A DNA stretch of 64,000 nucleotides from Octopus sinensis (GCF_006345805.1 NC_043020.1:13268001-13332000); one strand, 5' to 3'. Counted from the stretch's first letter, positions 11,208-24,270 are shown. The notes: a model not told the origin generated them from the sequence alone. Made by a program: numbers and translations.

Positions 11208-11711
11208 CACTTTCCCAAGGTACCACACAGTGGGACTGAACCTGGGACTATATGTTTGAGAAGCAAGCTTCTTACCACACAGCCACACATTCAACCAGAA
11301 TGGTAGACAAGAACTTGTAGAGATTCAGTGTGGTGGTGGTGGTGGTAGCAACAGCGGTGGCTCAACTCATATTACTGGTACTTCAATTCTATGACGGAGT
11401 CTCTCTATACAGTTTGCTGACCTTCCAGAAATAGCAGCTAAATTTCCTTCATATCACATTTCTAATTTCTTTTTTTTTTGTTGGAAGAGGACAGATGGTC
11501 ATATCTGGAAGGTATCTTGATCATAGATCTTGATAAGAATTAAATAGTTAGATATTTAAAATAGATCAGTGAAGTTAGTGCTGTAGGAATCAACTTTACA
11601 ATTATTCAATGTAGAGGTACATAACTATGGACCATAGGATAGTGGGTTCACTTTCTATCTGAGTGCACGCACGCACACACACACACACACACACCACACA
11701 CACACACTTAC

Positions 11712-11869
11712 GTATTGACTGTATGGTAAGAAGATTGCTTCCCAATCTCGTGGTTCTGGGTTCAGTTCCACTGTGTGGTACCTTGGACAAGTGTCTTCTG
11801 TTATAGCTTCAGGTTGACCAAAGCCCTGTGATTTGGTAGATGGAAACTGAAAGAAGCCTGTTATATGTG

Positions 11870-11914
<45 letters not shown>

Positions 11915-12120
11915 TACCATCGCTTGACAACTGGTGTTGGTGTGTTTATGTCCCCTGTAACTTAGCGGTTTGGTAAAAGTGACTGATAGAATAAGTACCA
12001 GGACTTTGAAAAAAAAAAAAAAGAGGAAAATGTACTTGGGTTGATTTAGTTGACTAAGATTTTTCGAAGAGGTGCTCCAGCATGGCCACAGTCTAATGAC
12101 AGAAACAAGTAAAAGATTAA
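11712..12120 (+). mobile_element. SINE-A, older copy
   Basis: Head, (GT)n and tail present. Confidence 0.8.
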
Positions 12121-12419
12121 GGATATGTGTGCTTGTGTGTGTATACACATACCATCCAATCCATACCAGCATGAAAAACAGACATTAAAAAATGATGATG
12201 ATCACACACACACACACACACACACACACCACACACACACACACACACATTTAGAGAAATAATATAATTCTTCTCTATTTCTAATTCTTCTGAAGTTGAA
12301 TGCATCATTTGAGGTTTGAATAAGAAACCTCTCTGCTAACATATCTGGGACAAATTCTCTATAAACAGACAGATCTATGGTATTATAGCACCATCGTTGG
12401 AAATATTAACACCATTTTC

Positions 12420-13165
12420 AGTATGTGTGTGTGTGTGTGTTTGTATGTTAGTGTGTGTATGTGTGTACATGTTCGTGTGTATATATTTGTATGTTTGTGA
12501 GTGTTAGTGTGTGTGTTTGTGAGTGTGTGTATGTAAGTGTATATGTTTGTGTGTGTGTGTGTATTAGTGTTTGTGTTTGTATGTTAGTGTGTGTATGTGT
12601 GTACATGTTCGTGTGTATATATGTGTATGTTTGTGAGTGTTAGTGTGTGTGTTTGTGAGTGTGTGTATGTAAGTGTATATGTTTGTGTGTGTGTGTGTAT
12701 TAGTGTTTGTGTATGTATGTTAGTGTGTGTATGTGTGTACATGTTCGTGTGTATATATGTGTATGTTTGTGAGTGTTAGTATGTATGTAAGTGTATATGT
12801 TTGTGTATGTTAGTGTTTGTGTGTGTCTATGTGTTTGTGTGTGTGCATGTTACTGTTTGTGTGTGTGTGTGTATTAGTGTTTGTGTTTGTATGTTCGCTT
12901 GTGTATGTATGTTAGAGTGTGTATGTGTGTACATGTTCGTGTGTATATATGTGTATGTTTGTGTGTGTATGTAAGTTATATGTTTGTGTATGTTAGTGTT
13001 AGTGTGTGTGTGTGTATGTTAGTGTTTGTGTGTGTGCATGTTACTGTTTGTGGTGTGTGTGTATGTATTAGTGTTTGTGTGTATGTGTGTGTGTGTGTGT
13101 GCATGTTACTGTTTGTGTGTGTGTGTGTAGGAGTGCATGTCAGTGTGTTCGTGTGTGTGTGTTTT
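12420..13165. repeat. GT-rich minisatellite with 136-bp higher-order period
   Basis: ORF-track peptides at 12455 and 12591 are near-identical, offset 136. Confidence 0.85.
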
Positions 13166-13734
13166 CAAAGACGAATTACGTCGGAGTTCCTGCGGCTTTT
13201 AGGCAATAAATTTAAAATTAGGGTGTAAAGATATTTCGGGGGTGGGTGGGTTATTTCAGGGTTTATTTACCAGTGTCCTTATTCTCTGCCAAAAGAAGTC
13301 ATCAGCACCAGTGTGCTTTAAATGTCAGCCGGTCGTTAAGTGATATCTCAAATCTCAGTTCCATTCTGCTAGTAGATTTGGTTTAATTTGATTACTACTG
13401 GGACATCATCAAACTGCTATTATATTCAGCTCCTTCCAAATTGACACTTCACCGTTTTACTGTCTTTTAGTTGAGACAAATGAGAAGGAAATATCTTTGA
13501 CTCCATGCTTTCTTTGTTTGTTTATTTATTTATTTATTTATTGCTCTTCCCCACCCCTTTCATCGTACTGTTTGTGTGTGTGTGTAGGTGGAGGCATGGC
13601 TGTGTGGTTAAGAAGTTAACTTTGTAACCACGTGGTTTTTAAGTTCAGCCCCACTGTACGGAACTTTGTTTTCTACTACGGCTCCAGGCGATCCGTTGCC
13701 TAGTGAGCGAATTTGGTCGGCAGAAACTGTATAG

Positions 13735-14215
13735 AAGGCGGCAAGCTGGCAGAATCGTTAGCAAGCCGGGCGAAATGCTTACGATATTCTGTCTGAAGGT
13801 GGCGAGCTGGCAGAAACGTTAGCACGCCGGGCGAAATGCCTAGCCGTATTTCATCTGTCCATTACGTTGTGAGTCCAAATTCCGCCGAGGTCAACTTTGC
13901 CTTTCATCCTTTTGGGGTCGATTAAATAAGTACCAGTTATGCACTGGGGTTGATATAATTGACTTAATACCTATGTCTGTCCTTGTTTGACCCCTCTATG
14001 TTTAGCCCCTTGTGGGTAATAAAGAGATAGGTATTTTGTCTGCCGTTATGTTCTGAGTTCAAATTCTGCCGAGGTCGACTTTGCCTTTCATCCTTTCGGG
14101 GTCGATTAAATAAGTACCAGTTACGCACTGGGGTCGATGTAATCGACTTAATCCATTTGTCTGTCCTTGTTTTCCCCCTCTGTGTGTCGCCCCTTGTGGG
14201 TAGTAAAGAAATAAG
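13735..14215 (+). mobile_element. SINE-B nested in SINE-B, same orientation
   Basis: Outer head to ...atattctgtctg, inner copy ~13796-14030, outer resumes gtattttgtctg. Confidence 0.75.
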
Positions 14216-14249
14216 AAACTGTATGGAAGCTTGTTTGTGTGTGTGTGTG

Positions 14250-14690
14250 TGTGTGTGTGAGAGACCATCACTTGGCAACTAGTGTTGGTTTGTTTATGTC
14301 CCCATAACTCAATGGCTTCTCAAAAGAGACTGATAAAGTAAGTACCAGACTTAAAAAATAAGTACTAAGATTGATTTCTTTTTTTTTTGTATCAAAACCT
14401 TTCAAGGCAGTGCTACAGCTTGGCCACAGTTCAATGACTGAAGCTAGAAAAAGATAAAAGATATTCTTTTATTCTTTTACCTGTTTCAGTCATTTGACTG
14501 CAGCCATGCTGGAGCACTGCCTTTACTCGAGAAAATTGACCCCAGGACTTATTCTTTGTAAGCCTAGTACTTATTTTATTGGTCTCTTCTGCTGAACCGC
14601 TAAGTTAAGGGCTTGTAAACACACCAGCATCAGTTGTCAAGCAATGTTGGGAGGACAAACATATGCACACACATACATGCATATATATAT
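14250..14690. mobile_element. Two SINE-A tails abutting tail-to-tail
   Basis: + tail ends ~14462; - tail starts ~14463. Confidence 0.75.
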
Positions 14691-14693
14691 ATA

Positions 14694-15077
14694 CTAGCAG
14701 TATCGCCCGGCGTTGCTCGGGTTTGTAAGGGAAATAGCTATAAAGCATTTTTAGAGAGTTATAACCAAAAAATAGCCAAAAAATGGAAAAAAATTATGGT
14801 AAATTTTTGTTTGAGAGTTAAAAAGGTGGAGTTGCGCCCCCTAGACAGTCTGTGGTTTGTGTTTCTGATTCTCGACCCCATATCGAATTTATCGATTTTT
14901 TTCAGAACTGGGGGAACTTTTCTAAATTTTCGCTGTGTTAGTTTTGAATTATGACATTGGGCTATGTGTGTGTCAAGTTTCATCAGAATCGGTTGAAAGC
15001 TGTGGTCAGGGTGAGGGTACAACCTAACAGACACACAGAAACACACACAGACAAACTGCCGTTTATATATAGAGAGA
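14694..15077 (-). mobile_element. Non-autonomous Helitron
   Basis: Minus strand: A|TC 5' end, subterminal hairpin cccgagcaacgccggg, CTAG|T 3' end, no TSD. Confidence 0.8.
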
Positions 15078-15120
15078 TATATATATTAGCTTTTGGCATT
15101 TATGTATAGTAATGCCCTCA

Positions 15121-15152
<32 letters not shown>

Positions 15153-15639
15153 ATATATATATAGAGAGAGAGAGAGAAAGAGAGAGATAGGTTTAAGAGA
15201 CAGAACCACCTTCAAGCAACTCAAACAACTCTATCTATGATAGAGATATATATGATTAAATTTTATCAAATTAATATCTACAATTACTATTCTGAGTCAT
15301 ATATTAAATTATATAGACAACGCGTGTTTCATGATAATATATCTATCGGTATTCCTGAAATGGAAATTCAATACCATATCAATCCGACTATATTGCCAAT
15401 CTTAAGGTTTGGATTATATAAAACTAATTTAATATTTATTTACATCCTATATAAAGACATGACAATCAAAAGTATATAACTAGAAATCGTTGAAATAATT
15501 ATTCATTACTAAATAAAACGCAAAAATGCGGAATAAAAAATGAGAAAAATAAAAAATAGAAATATTAACTTATCTTTTTGATAAATTTGCGATTAAACAT
15601 TGTTCTCCTGGAAACCATGATTGATTCACGAAGAGAGAA

Positions 15640-15830
15640 TTTTCAAAAAAAATAAGTTAATATTTCTGTTTCAAAGAATTTAGTAAAATAACTTAATTAT
15701 CATCAAGCTAGTATTAGGAACATTGTGACTAAGTTTTGGTGGAAGATTTTAATTCAAAACTTATGACAGCAAGACATTTGTACTACAGAGCCAGAGCCGG
15801 TTTCAGCCAGGTTGGTCACGAAAGGGTTAA
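15640..15830. mobile_element. piggyBac-type MITE family 2, partial
   Basis: Matches 51620-51848; ends gtcacgaaagggttaa. Confidence 0.7.
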
Positions 15831-15957
15831 AGATTTCCACAGAATCTGTGTTCTTTCAATCCTTATTAACTCAGTAACAAATTGTAACACTGTTCACTCA
15901 CTCGCAGCAATATCTGATTGCTGTATACATACATACATACATACATACATATTTTTT

Positions 15958-16350
15958 TTCTTTTACTTGTTTCAGTCATTTGACTGTGGCCATGCTGGAG
16001 CACCGCCTTTAGTCGAGCAAATTGACCCCGGGACTTATTCTTTGTAAGCCCACTACTTATTCTATCGGTCTCTTTTGCCGAACCGCTATGTGACGGGACG
16101 TAAACACACCAGCATCGGTTGTCAAGCAATGCTAGGGGGACAAACACAGACACACACACACACACATATATATATATACATATATATGACAGGCTTCTTT
16201 CAGTTTCCGTCTACCAAATCCACTCACAAGGCATTGGTCGGCCCGGGGCTATAGCAGAAGACACTTGCCCAAGATGCCACGCAGTGGGACTGAACCCGGA
16301 ACCATGTGGTTGGTTAGCAAGCTACTTACCACACAGCCACTCCTGCGCCT
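15958..16350 (-). mobile_element. SINE-A full length
   Basis: Complete head, microsatellite and tail. Confidence 0.9.
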
Positions 16351-16519
16351 ATATATATATGCCTACTTTTTTCAGAACCTTGTTTCTTCTGTACCAGAAA
16401 TTTCTATATTTTGGCCCAGGGACATGAGCTGTGATGCTCTTCATTCATTTTGTGATAGACTTGTTTGAAAGAGATGGCCTTAGGACAATTATTATCTATT
16501 CACCATGGTTTCACATTGA

Positions 16520-17090
16520 TGTGTGTGTGTTTGTTTGTCTGTGTGTGCTTGTTTGTATATGTATACCTGTGCCCGTGTGCCTGTGTGTGTGTATATACTT
16601 GTTTCCATGTATGCTTGTGTGAGTGTGTGTTTCTGCTTGTCTCCATGTATATTTATGTGTGTGTGTGTGTTGTGTGTGTGTGTGTGCATGTGTGCTTGTG
16701 TGTGTGTGCATGTGTGTGTGTGCTTGTGTGTGTGTGCTTGTGTGTGTGTGTGCTTGTGTGTGTGTGCTTGTGTGTGCATGTGTGTGTGTGCTTGTGTGTA
16801 TGTGTATGTGTGCTTGTGTGTATGTGTATGTGTGTTTGTGTGCTTGTGCGTGTGTGCTGTGTGTGTGTGTGTGCATGTGTGTGTGTGCTTGTGTGTGTGT
16901 GTGTGTGTGCTTGTGTGTGTGTGCTTGTGTGTGCATGTGTGTGTGTGCTTGTGTGTATGTGTATGTGTGTTTGTGTGTGTGCCTGTGTGTGTGAGTGAGA
17001 GAGAGCTTTATGTGTGTGTATGTTTCCTTGTGTGTTTGTGCTTGTGTGTGTGTGTGTGTGTGTGTGCATTTATTTCTATGTGTGTGTGTA
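16520..17090. repeat. (GT)n field with recurring gtgcttgt/gtgcatgt units
   Basis: Direct reading. Confidence 0.9.
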
Positions 17091-17269
17091 ATCACTGTAG
17101 ATTTTCTCCTAAATATAAATATGGCCATTACATGCTTCCATATATGTTTCAACATAAGGACAAAGTTTACATATATGTATGGAAGATCAACATAGTCATT
17201 AAATCTACCACCCCACCCATCCCATCCTACCTGTATTTGACCAGTCCTTACTTAACTCCTGGAAAAACA

Positions 17270-17443
17270 ATGTAAAATCAATTACATTGACTCCAGTGTT
17301 CAACTGGTACTTATTTTATCGACCCCGATAAAGATGAATGGTAAAGTCAACCTTGGCGGAATTTGAACTTGGGACATAGCGATGGGTAAAATACCACTAA
17401 GCATTTTGTCCAGCATGCTAACGATTCTGCCAGGTTGCCACCT

Positions 17444-17474
<31 letters not shown>

Positions 17475-18475
17475 AATTCAAAATTTTGGCGGAAGGCCAG
17501 CAATTTTTTTTTTTTTTTTTGTGGTGGGGTAAGTTGATGACATCAACCCCAATGTGCAACTGGTACTTATTTTATTGACTCCAAAAGGATGAAAGGCAAA
17601 GTCGACCTTGGAGGAATTTGATATCAGAATGTGAAGGCAGACAAAATGCTGCTAAACATTTTGCCTGCCACGCTAACGATTCTGCCAGCTCACAGCCTTC
17701 AGTTTCAAATTTTTAACACAAGGCCTGCAATTTCAGGGGCAGAGATAAGTCACTTGCATTGACTCCAAAAGGATGAAAAGCAAAGTGAACCTCGGCAGAA
17801 TTTGAACTCAGAACGTCAAGATGAACAAAATGCCACTGGCAGAATCATTAGCACGCTGGACGAAATGCTTAGCGGTATTTCGCCCGTTGCTATGTTCTGA
17901 GTTCAAATCCCGCTGAGGTCAACTTTGCCTTTCATCATTTCGGGGTCGATAAATTAAGTACCTATTTCTTTACTACCCACAAGGGGCTAAACACAGAGAG
18001 GACAGACAAACGGATTAAGTTGATTATATCGACCCCTGTGCGTAACTGGTACTTAATTTATCGACCCCGAAAAGATGAAAGGCAAAGTCGACCTCGGTGA
18101 AATTGGAACTCAGAACGTAGCAGCAGACGAAATACCGCTCAGCATTTCACCCTGCGTGCTAATGCTTCTGCCAGCTCGCCACCTTTAAATTAAGTACCAG
18201 TTACGCACTGGGGTGGATGTAATGGACTTTTCCCCACCCCCAAAATTTCAGGCCTTGTGCCTATAGTAACAGAAATTGTTAGCATGGTCGGTGAAAGGCT
18301 TAGCAGTATTTCATCTGTTTTCACATTCTGAGTTCAAATTCTGCTGAGGCCCACTTTGCCTGTCATTCTTTTGGGGTTGATAAAATAAGCACCAGTTGAG
18401 CACTGGGGTTGATCTAATTGATTTGACTCCTTCCCTGAAATTTCTAGCCTCGTGCCAAAAATTTGAAACCATTAT
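17270..18475. mobile_element. SINE-B cluster including an antisense self-insertion
   Basis: Several copies on both strands; minus copy 17963-18185 flanked by taaattaagtacc. Confidence 0.8.
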
Positions 18476-18779
18476 CATTATTGTCATGCTATCGTAGAAT
18501 TTCTTTTTTTTTCCATTGATACCCAACAAAAATCGTACATGATAAATTTGTATTTGTTATGTCAACAATATATTTTGTCTCTTCTATACGTCTTATCTAA
18601 AACAACATTTTCTACATTAATAGCTCTGACATTTATTAAGATTTTTGGATTTTTTAAACAAAGATTCTGAGAAAAAGACAAGCACATTTTTATCTTTTAC
18701 ATTCAATTTCTCACAAACATGATTATTTTTTTTTCTTCCTTAACAGCTTCATGGCTTTTTTCTTTAAAACTCCAACTCT

Positions 18780-19171
18780 CTCTCTTTACTCTTTTACTTG
18801 TTTCAGTCATTTGACTGCGGCCATGCTGGAGCACCGCCTTTAATCGAGCAACTCGACCCCGGGACTTATTCTTTGTAAGCCCAGTACTTATTCTATTGGT
18901 CTCTTTTGCTGAGCCGCTAAGTAACAGGGACATAAACACACCAGCATCGGTTGTCAAGCAATGCTAGGGGGACAAACATAGACACACAAACACACACACG
19001 CATATATATATATCATCATCATCATCATCTCATGTCCATTGTCCATGCTGGCATGGGTTGGACGGTTTGACTAGGGCTGGCATGCTGGAAGGCTGCACCA
19101 GACTCCAGTCTGATTTGGCATGGTTTCTATGGCTGGATGCCCTTCCTAACGCCAACCACTCCGAGAGTGTA

Positions 19172-19228
<57 letters not shown>

Positions 19229-19390
19229 CGACGGGCTTCTTTCAGTTTCCGTCTGCCAAATCCACTCACAAGGCTTTGGTCGGCCCGAAGCTATAGTAGA
19301 AGACACTTGCCCAAGATGCCACGCAGTGGGACTGAACCCGGAACCATGTGGTTGGTAAACAAGCTACTTACCACACAGCTACGTCTGCGC
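18780..19390 (-). mobile_element. SINE-A with RTE 3' fragment nested in its microsatellite
   Basis: RTE piece at ~19015-19170. Confidence 0.85.
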
Positions 19391-19974
19391 CTAGATCTTT
19401 CATTAACTTAGAATCTTTCATTAAGATTCATTATTTTAGTTTTTTATTTCTTTAAGTTTCAAAGTTATTGGTGTTACCATTCAACCTCTCTTCTTCCCTA
19501 ATTTGTCCCTCAGCTAAGAGCGGGCTGCAATGAGATATAAATTAATATTTTATTCAATATGTGTGTTTCAAAAGATATTTCTTACTTTTGATTGCATGCC
19601 TTCATTTTTGGAAATTAAATCTGTCTCTAGTCAGAGCTAATGAGTAATTATTATTCATATGTAAATCTTAAAACGACTTAATTTACTTTATGCCACCCTA
19701 TCTCTGGAATATCTAGATAGAACTGACAATATTTATTTAGTCACAGATATGTTTCATCGGGGATTAAAAACACACTTAAATAAACCACATTTCGGGTAGA
19801 ATTCTTTGAAAAAAAAAACTAATGTATTTTTGATTTTATTTCCTCATCATTGCGGAGCTTCTCTTCCTGATAAATAAACTCCAGAACTATTTTTAGAAAT
19901 AATCAGCTGATATTTTATGTCAGTTTTATAGTAATATATCATATTACAATTTTATTTTAATATTTTATATCCAT

Positions 19975-20340
19975 AAAATGCACCATCTGAATTGTGGCCG
20001 ATGCCAGCGCCACCTCGACTGGTTTCCGTGTCGGTGGCACGTAAAAAGCACCATCCGAATCGTAGCCGAAGCCGGTGCCGCCTTGACTGGCTTCCATAAA
20101 ATGCACCAATCCAACCGTGGCCGATGCCAGCCTCGCCTGGCACCAGTGCAGGTGGCACGTAAAAAGCATCCACTACACTCATGGAGTGGTTGGCGTTAGG
20201 AAGGGCATCCAGCTGTAGAAACTTTGCCAGATAAGACCGGAGCCTGGTGCAGCCGTCTGAATTCCCAGATCCCCGGTCGAACCGTCCAACCCATGCTAGC
20301 ATGGAGAACGGACGTTTAAACGATGATGATGATGATGATT
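19975..20340 (+). mobile_element. RTE 3'-UTR fragment
   Basis: Diagnostic motifs and (GAT)n tail. Confidence 0.85.
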
Positions 20341-20544
20341 AAGCAATCAGAGTTTTGATAGGGGACAGGACAAAGTATGGGAAATAAGAATGTGAATTTA
20401 ACGAGGAGAAACGAATAATTATCATAGAGAACGAACAAATTATCATCAGAGAGAAAAGGACAAATTATCATCAGAGAGAGACGAATAATTATAATTATCA
20501 TAATAAACTTTACGAGATAGGACTAAAATTAAATAGTAGTTGTG

Positions 20545-20858
20545 ATACCTGTGCCGGTGGCACGTAAAAAGCACCATCCGAACGTGGCTGGTGCCAGCGC
20601 CGCCTTGACTGGCTTCTGTGCTGGTGGCACATAAAAAGCACCAACCGATCGTGGCCACTGCCAGCCACTCCTGGCACGTAAAAAGCACCCACTACACTCT
20701 TGGAGAGGTTGGCGTTAGGAAGGGCATCCAGCTGTCGAAACACTGCCAGATCAGACTGGAGCCTGGTGCAGCCTCCTGGCTTCCCAGACCCCGGTCGAAC
20801 CGGTTCCAACCCGTACTAGCAGGGAAAACGGATGTTAAACGATGATGATGATGATGAT
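20545..20858 (+). mobile_element. RTE 3'-UTR fragment
   Basis: Diagnostic motifs and (GAT)n tail. Confidence 0.85.
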
Positions 20859-20879
20859 TTTATACTAATATATGATATT

Positions 20880-21095
20880 GACTTCAAATTTTGGCATAAG
20901 GCCAAAACTTTTTTGGGGAGGGCCTAAGTTGATTGCATTCACCCCAGTGCTCAACCGGTACTTATTTTATTGACCCCAATAAGAGGAAAATAAAGTTGAC
21001 CTTGGCAGAATTTGAACTCAGAACATAGACAAACAAAATACCACTAAGCATTTTGTCCAGAGTGCTAACGATTCTGTCAGCTCGCTGCCTTCCTA
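20880..21095 (-). mobile_element. SINE-B, older copy
   Basis: Degenerate core and head. Confidence 0.65.
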
Positions 21096-21174
21096 ATAAT
21101 AATAAATCATCTTAAAATTTTATGCTATCATTTAATACTGTTATATGATATTGATTTCAAATTGTGCCATAAGG

Positions 21175-21351
21175 CGCAGAAGTGGGTGTGTGGTAAATTA
21201 CTTGCTTATGAACCACATGGTTCCAGGTTCAGTCTCACTGCGTGGTACCTTGGGCAAGTGTCTTCTGCTATAGCCTCGGGCCGACCAAAGTCTTGTGAGT
21301 GGATTTTGTAGACGGAACTGAAAGAAGCCTGTTGTATATATGTATATATAT

Positions 21352-21397
<46 letters not shown>

Positions 21398-21637
21398 GTG
21401 TGTGTGGTGTGTGTGTGTGTGTGTGTTTGTGTGTCTGTGTTTGTCCCGCCAACATCGCTTGACAACCGATGCTGGTGTGTTTACGTCCCTGTAACGTAGC
21501 GGTTCGGCAAAAGAGACCGATAGAATAAGTACTAGGCTTACAAAGAATAAGTTCTGGGGGGTCAATTTGCTCGACTAAAGGTGGTGCTCCAGCATGGCCA
21601 CAGTCATATGACTGAAACAAGTAAAAGAGTAAAGAGT
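21175..21637 (+). mobile_element. SINE-A full length
   Basis: Complete structure. Confidence 0.85.
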
Positions 21638-22179
21638 ATAAGGCCAGCAATTTGGAGGGGGTTAAGTCAATTACATTGACCCCCCCCCCCCAGTGCTCAA
21701 CTGGTTCTTGTTTTATTGACCCCCTCGAAAGGATGACAGGCAAAGTTAACATTGGTGGAATTTGAACTCAGAATGTAAAGACAAACAAAATACCACCAAA
21801 TATTTTGCCCAGTGTGCTCACAATTCTGCCAGCTTGCTGCCTAATAGTAATAAATAATCTTAAAATTTTATTTTATCATTTTATACTAATATATGTGGAG
21901 GCAGGTGGCTTAGTGGTTAGGGTGTTGGACTCATGATCGTAAGGTTGTGGTTTCGATTCCTGGACCGGGCGATGCTTTGTGTTCTTGAACAAAACACATT
22001 GTTTCACATTGCTCCAGGCCACTCAGCAGGCAAAAGTGAGTAATTCTGTGATGGACTGGCATCCCATCCAGGTGGGGGGAATATATATGCCATGAAACTG
22101 AAAACCAGCCCTTGTGAGTTGGCATGACTCATACAAAGTGATGGTTACTATAACCTGTAGGAGATTCCAGTGGGATGAT
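21581..22179 (+). repeat. Left arm of a ~600-bp inverted duplication
   Basis: Reverse complement of 24460-25061, including unique linkers between three SINE types. Confidence 0.9.
21895..22115 (+). mobile_element. SINE-D (tRNA-like head, CORE-like and V-like blocks)
   Basis: tggcttagtggttag...ggtttcgattcc; ctgtgatggactggcatcccatccagg resembles the V domain (from memory, needs alignment). Confidence 0.65.
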
Positions 22180-22479
22180 TTCATGTTGCTCCAGTCCACT
22201 CAACTGGCAAAATTGAGTAATCCTGCGATGGACCGGCGTCCCGTCCAGGTGGAGAATTTCTATGCCACTAAAACCAGGAAACCGACCCCTATGAGGCTGG
22301 CATGGCTCAGGAAGGAACATTTATTTTTTCATTTATATGCTAATATATAGCATTGATTTTAAATTTTGAAACAAGGCCAGTAGTTTGGAAGGAAGGGGTT
22401 AAGGCGGCGAGCTGGCAGAATTGTTAGCACGCCAGGCGAAATGCTCAGCAGTATTTCGTCTGCCGCTACGTCCTGAGTG

Positions 22480-23023
22480 CATGGAATTGTGGTGGAAGGT
22501 TATAAATCATTTTAAAACATGGTACCACAGGGTACCATATTTTTGTTGAAACGCACTGCTTTTGTTTCAAGTAATTTTGAGAATCATGAAGAATTTAGTC
22601 AAAATAAATTTGTCATTATTAAGTTTGTGTTTCAAACAGAATTTAACATGGAATTGTGATGGAAGGTTATTAATCATTTTTAATCATGGTACCATAGGGT
22701 ACCATATTTCTATTAAAATACACTGCTTTTGTTTCAAGTAATTTTGAGAATCATGAAGAATTTAGTCAAAATAAATTTGTCATTATTAAGTTTGTGTTTC
22801 AAACAGAACTTAACGTGGAATTGTGGTGGAAGGTTATAAATCATTTTAAAACATGGTACCACAGGGTACCATATTTCTGTTGAAATACACTGCTTTTGTT
22901 TCAAGTAATTTTGAGAATCATGAAGAATTAAGTCAAAATAAACTTGTCATTATTAAGTTCGTCTTTCAAACAGAAATTAACGTTGAATTATGATGGAAGG
23001 TTATTAATCATTTTAAAACATGG
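22480..23023. repeat. ~167-bp tandem repeat, about 3.2 copies, MITE-related
   Basis: Unit starts at 22480, 22647, 22813 and 22981. Confidence 0.9.
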
Positions 23024-23134
23024 AGCTTGTATGAAGACAAAAAGGAGTTGCGAGTGAAGTGGATTAATGAAGAGTTTTAATGGTCAGATATAATTTGTCC
23101 TTCGGCTGTAAATTCTGTTTATCTCTCATCACAG

Positions 23135-23192
23135 GTGATAAACCGTTTTTGGAACAAATGGCCCCTGCTCTATTTCCTTTGCGACATAACAG
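23135..23192 (+). CDS. Candidate 58-nt exon (VINRFWNKWPLLYFLCDIT or DKPFLEQMAPALFPLRHN)
   Basis: Acceptor tttatctctcatcacag, donor ACAG|gtaacg, two open frames, unique sequence. Confidence 0.4.
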
Positions 23193-23769
23193 GTAACGAG
23201 GCAGAGGGAGAAAGAGAGTGGTCAGAATAAAGCATCACCATTTATATATATATATATATGTATATATATGATGGATGAGAAATTAAGTTAGTGGCATGCA
23301 AGGAACTAATAGAATTCTCTCATGTGAGAACTGAAGAAATTAAGTTCAATTAAATCTCCAGTGAAACTTTGTCTAATTACAATATTATGTAATTAAGTTA
23401 TTAAGATAAGTTAATTGGATTTATGAGTCCTACAATAAACTAACAGCTGATAGTGTCAGATTGTGTGTGTGTGTGTGTGTGTCATAATGGAAGTATACCA
23501 ATTTATGCCTCTAAAAGACTTGAGTGACACCATGCAAACTAAGGAACCATTATCCAGAGTAAAACCGAAAGCCAGGTCCTAAGCTACGACACACTTTGAA
23601 CATCCTGGATTGCATCCGGAGAAGGTCAATTCCTTCAGCCGGTTGGTACTCCTTTGCTAACAGACACCCTTCCAACCTCTGACCCACAGTGGGGTGTGCT
23701 GTCTTCTCTCTCTGTCATTCCTCTCACTACTACTACTACTACTACTACTACTAATAATAATAATAATAA

Positions 23770-24270
23770 TAATAATCATTTAACGTCCGTTTTCCATGCT
23801 AGCATGAGTTGGACGGTTTTGACTGAGGACTGGTGAACCAGATGGCTGCACCGGGCTCCAGTCTTGATCTGGCAGAGTTTCTACAGCTGGATGCCCTTCC
23901 TAACGCCAACCACTTTGAGAGTGTAGTGGATGCTTTTTACGTGCCACATGCACAGGGGCCAGTCAGGCGGTACTGGCAATGACTTCGCTCGAATCTTTTT
24001 ACACGTGCCAGTGAAGAGATGTTGGTAATGATCACGCTCGAATGGTGCCCTTTTACGTGCCACGGGTACGTAAGCCAGTTGGCTGCTCTGGCAACAATCA
24101 CGCTCGGATGGTGTTCTTGACACCCTACTAGCACAGGCATAAGTGCCAGTAAGGCGAGGCTGTTAACGATCATACTCAAATAGCCGCTCTGTCAACGATC
24201 ACACTCATATGGGGCTCTTTGCACCCCGCTAGCACGGATGCCAGTCATCGAAATGATTTTGATTTGATTA
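23770..24270 (-). mobile_element. RTE 3'-UTR fragment, variant subfamily
   Basis: Diagnostic tail plus a longer variant body. Confidence 0.8.
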
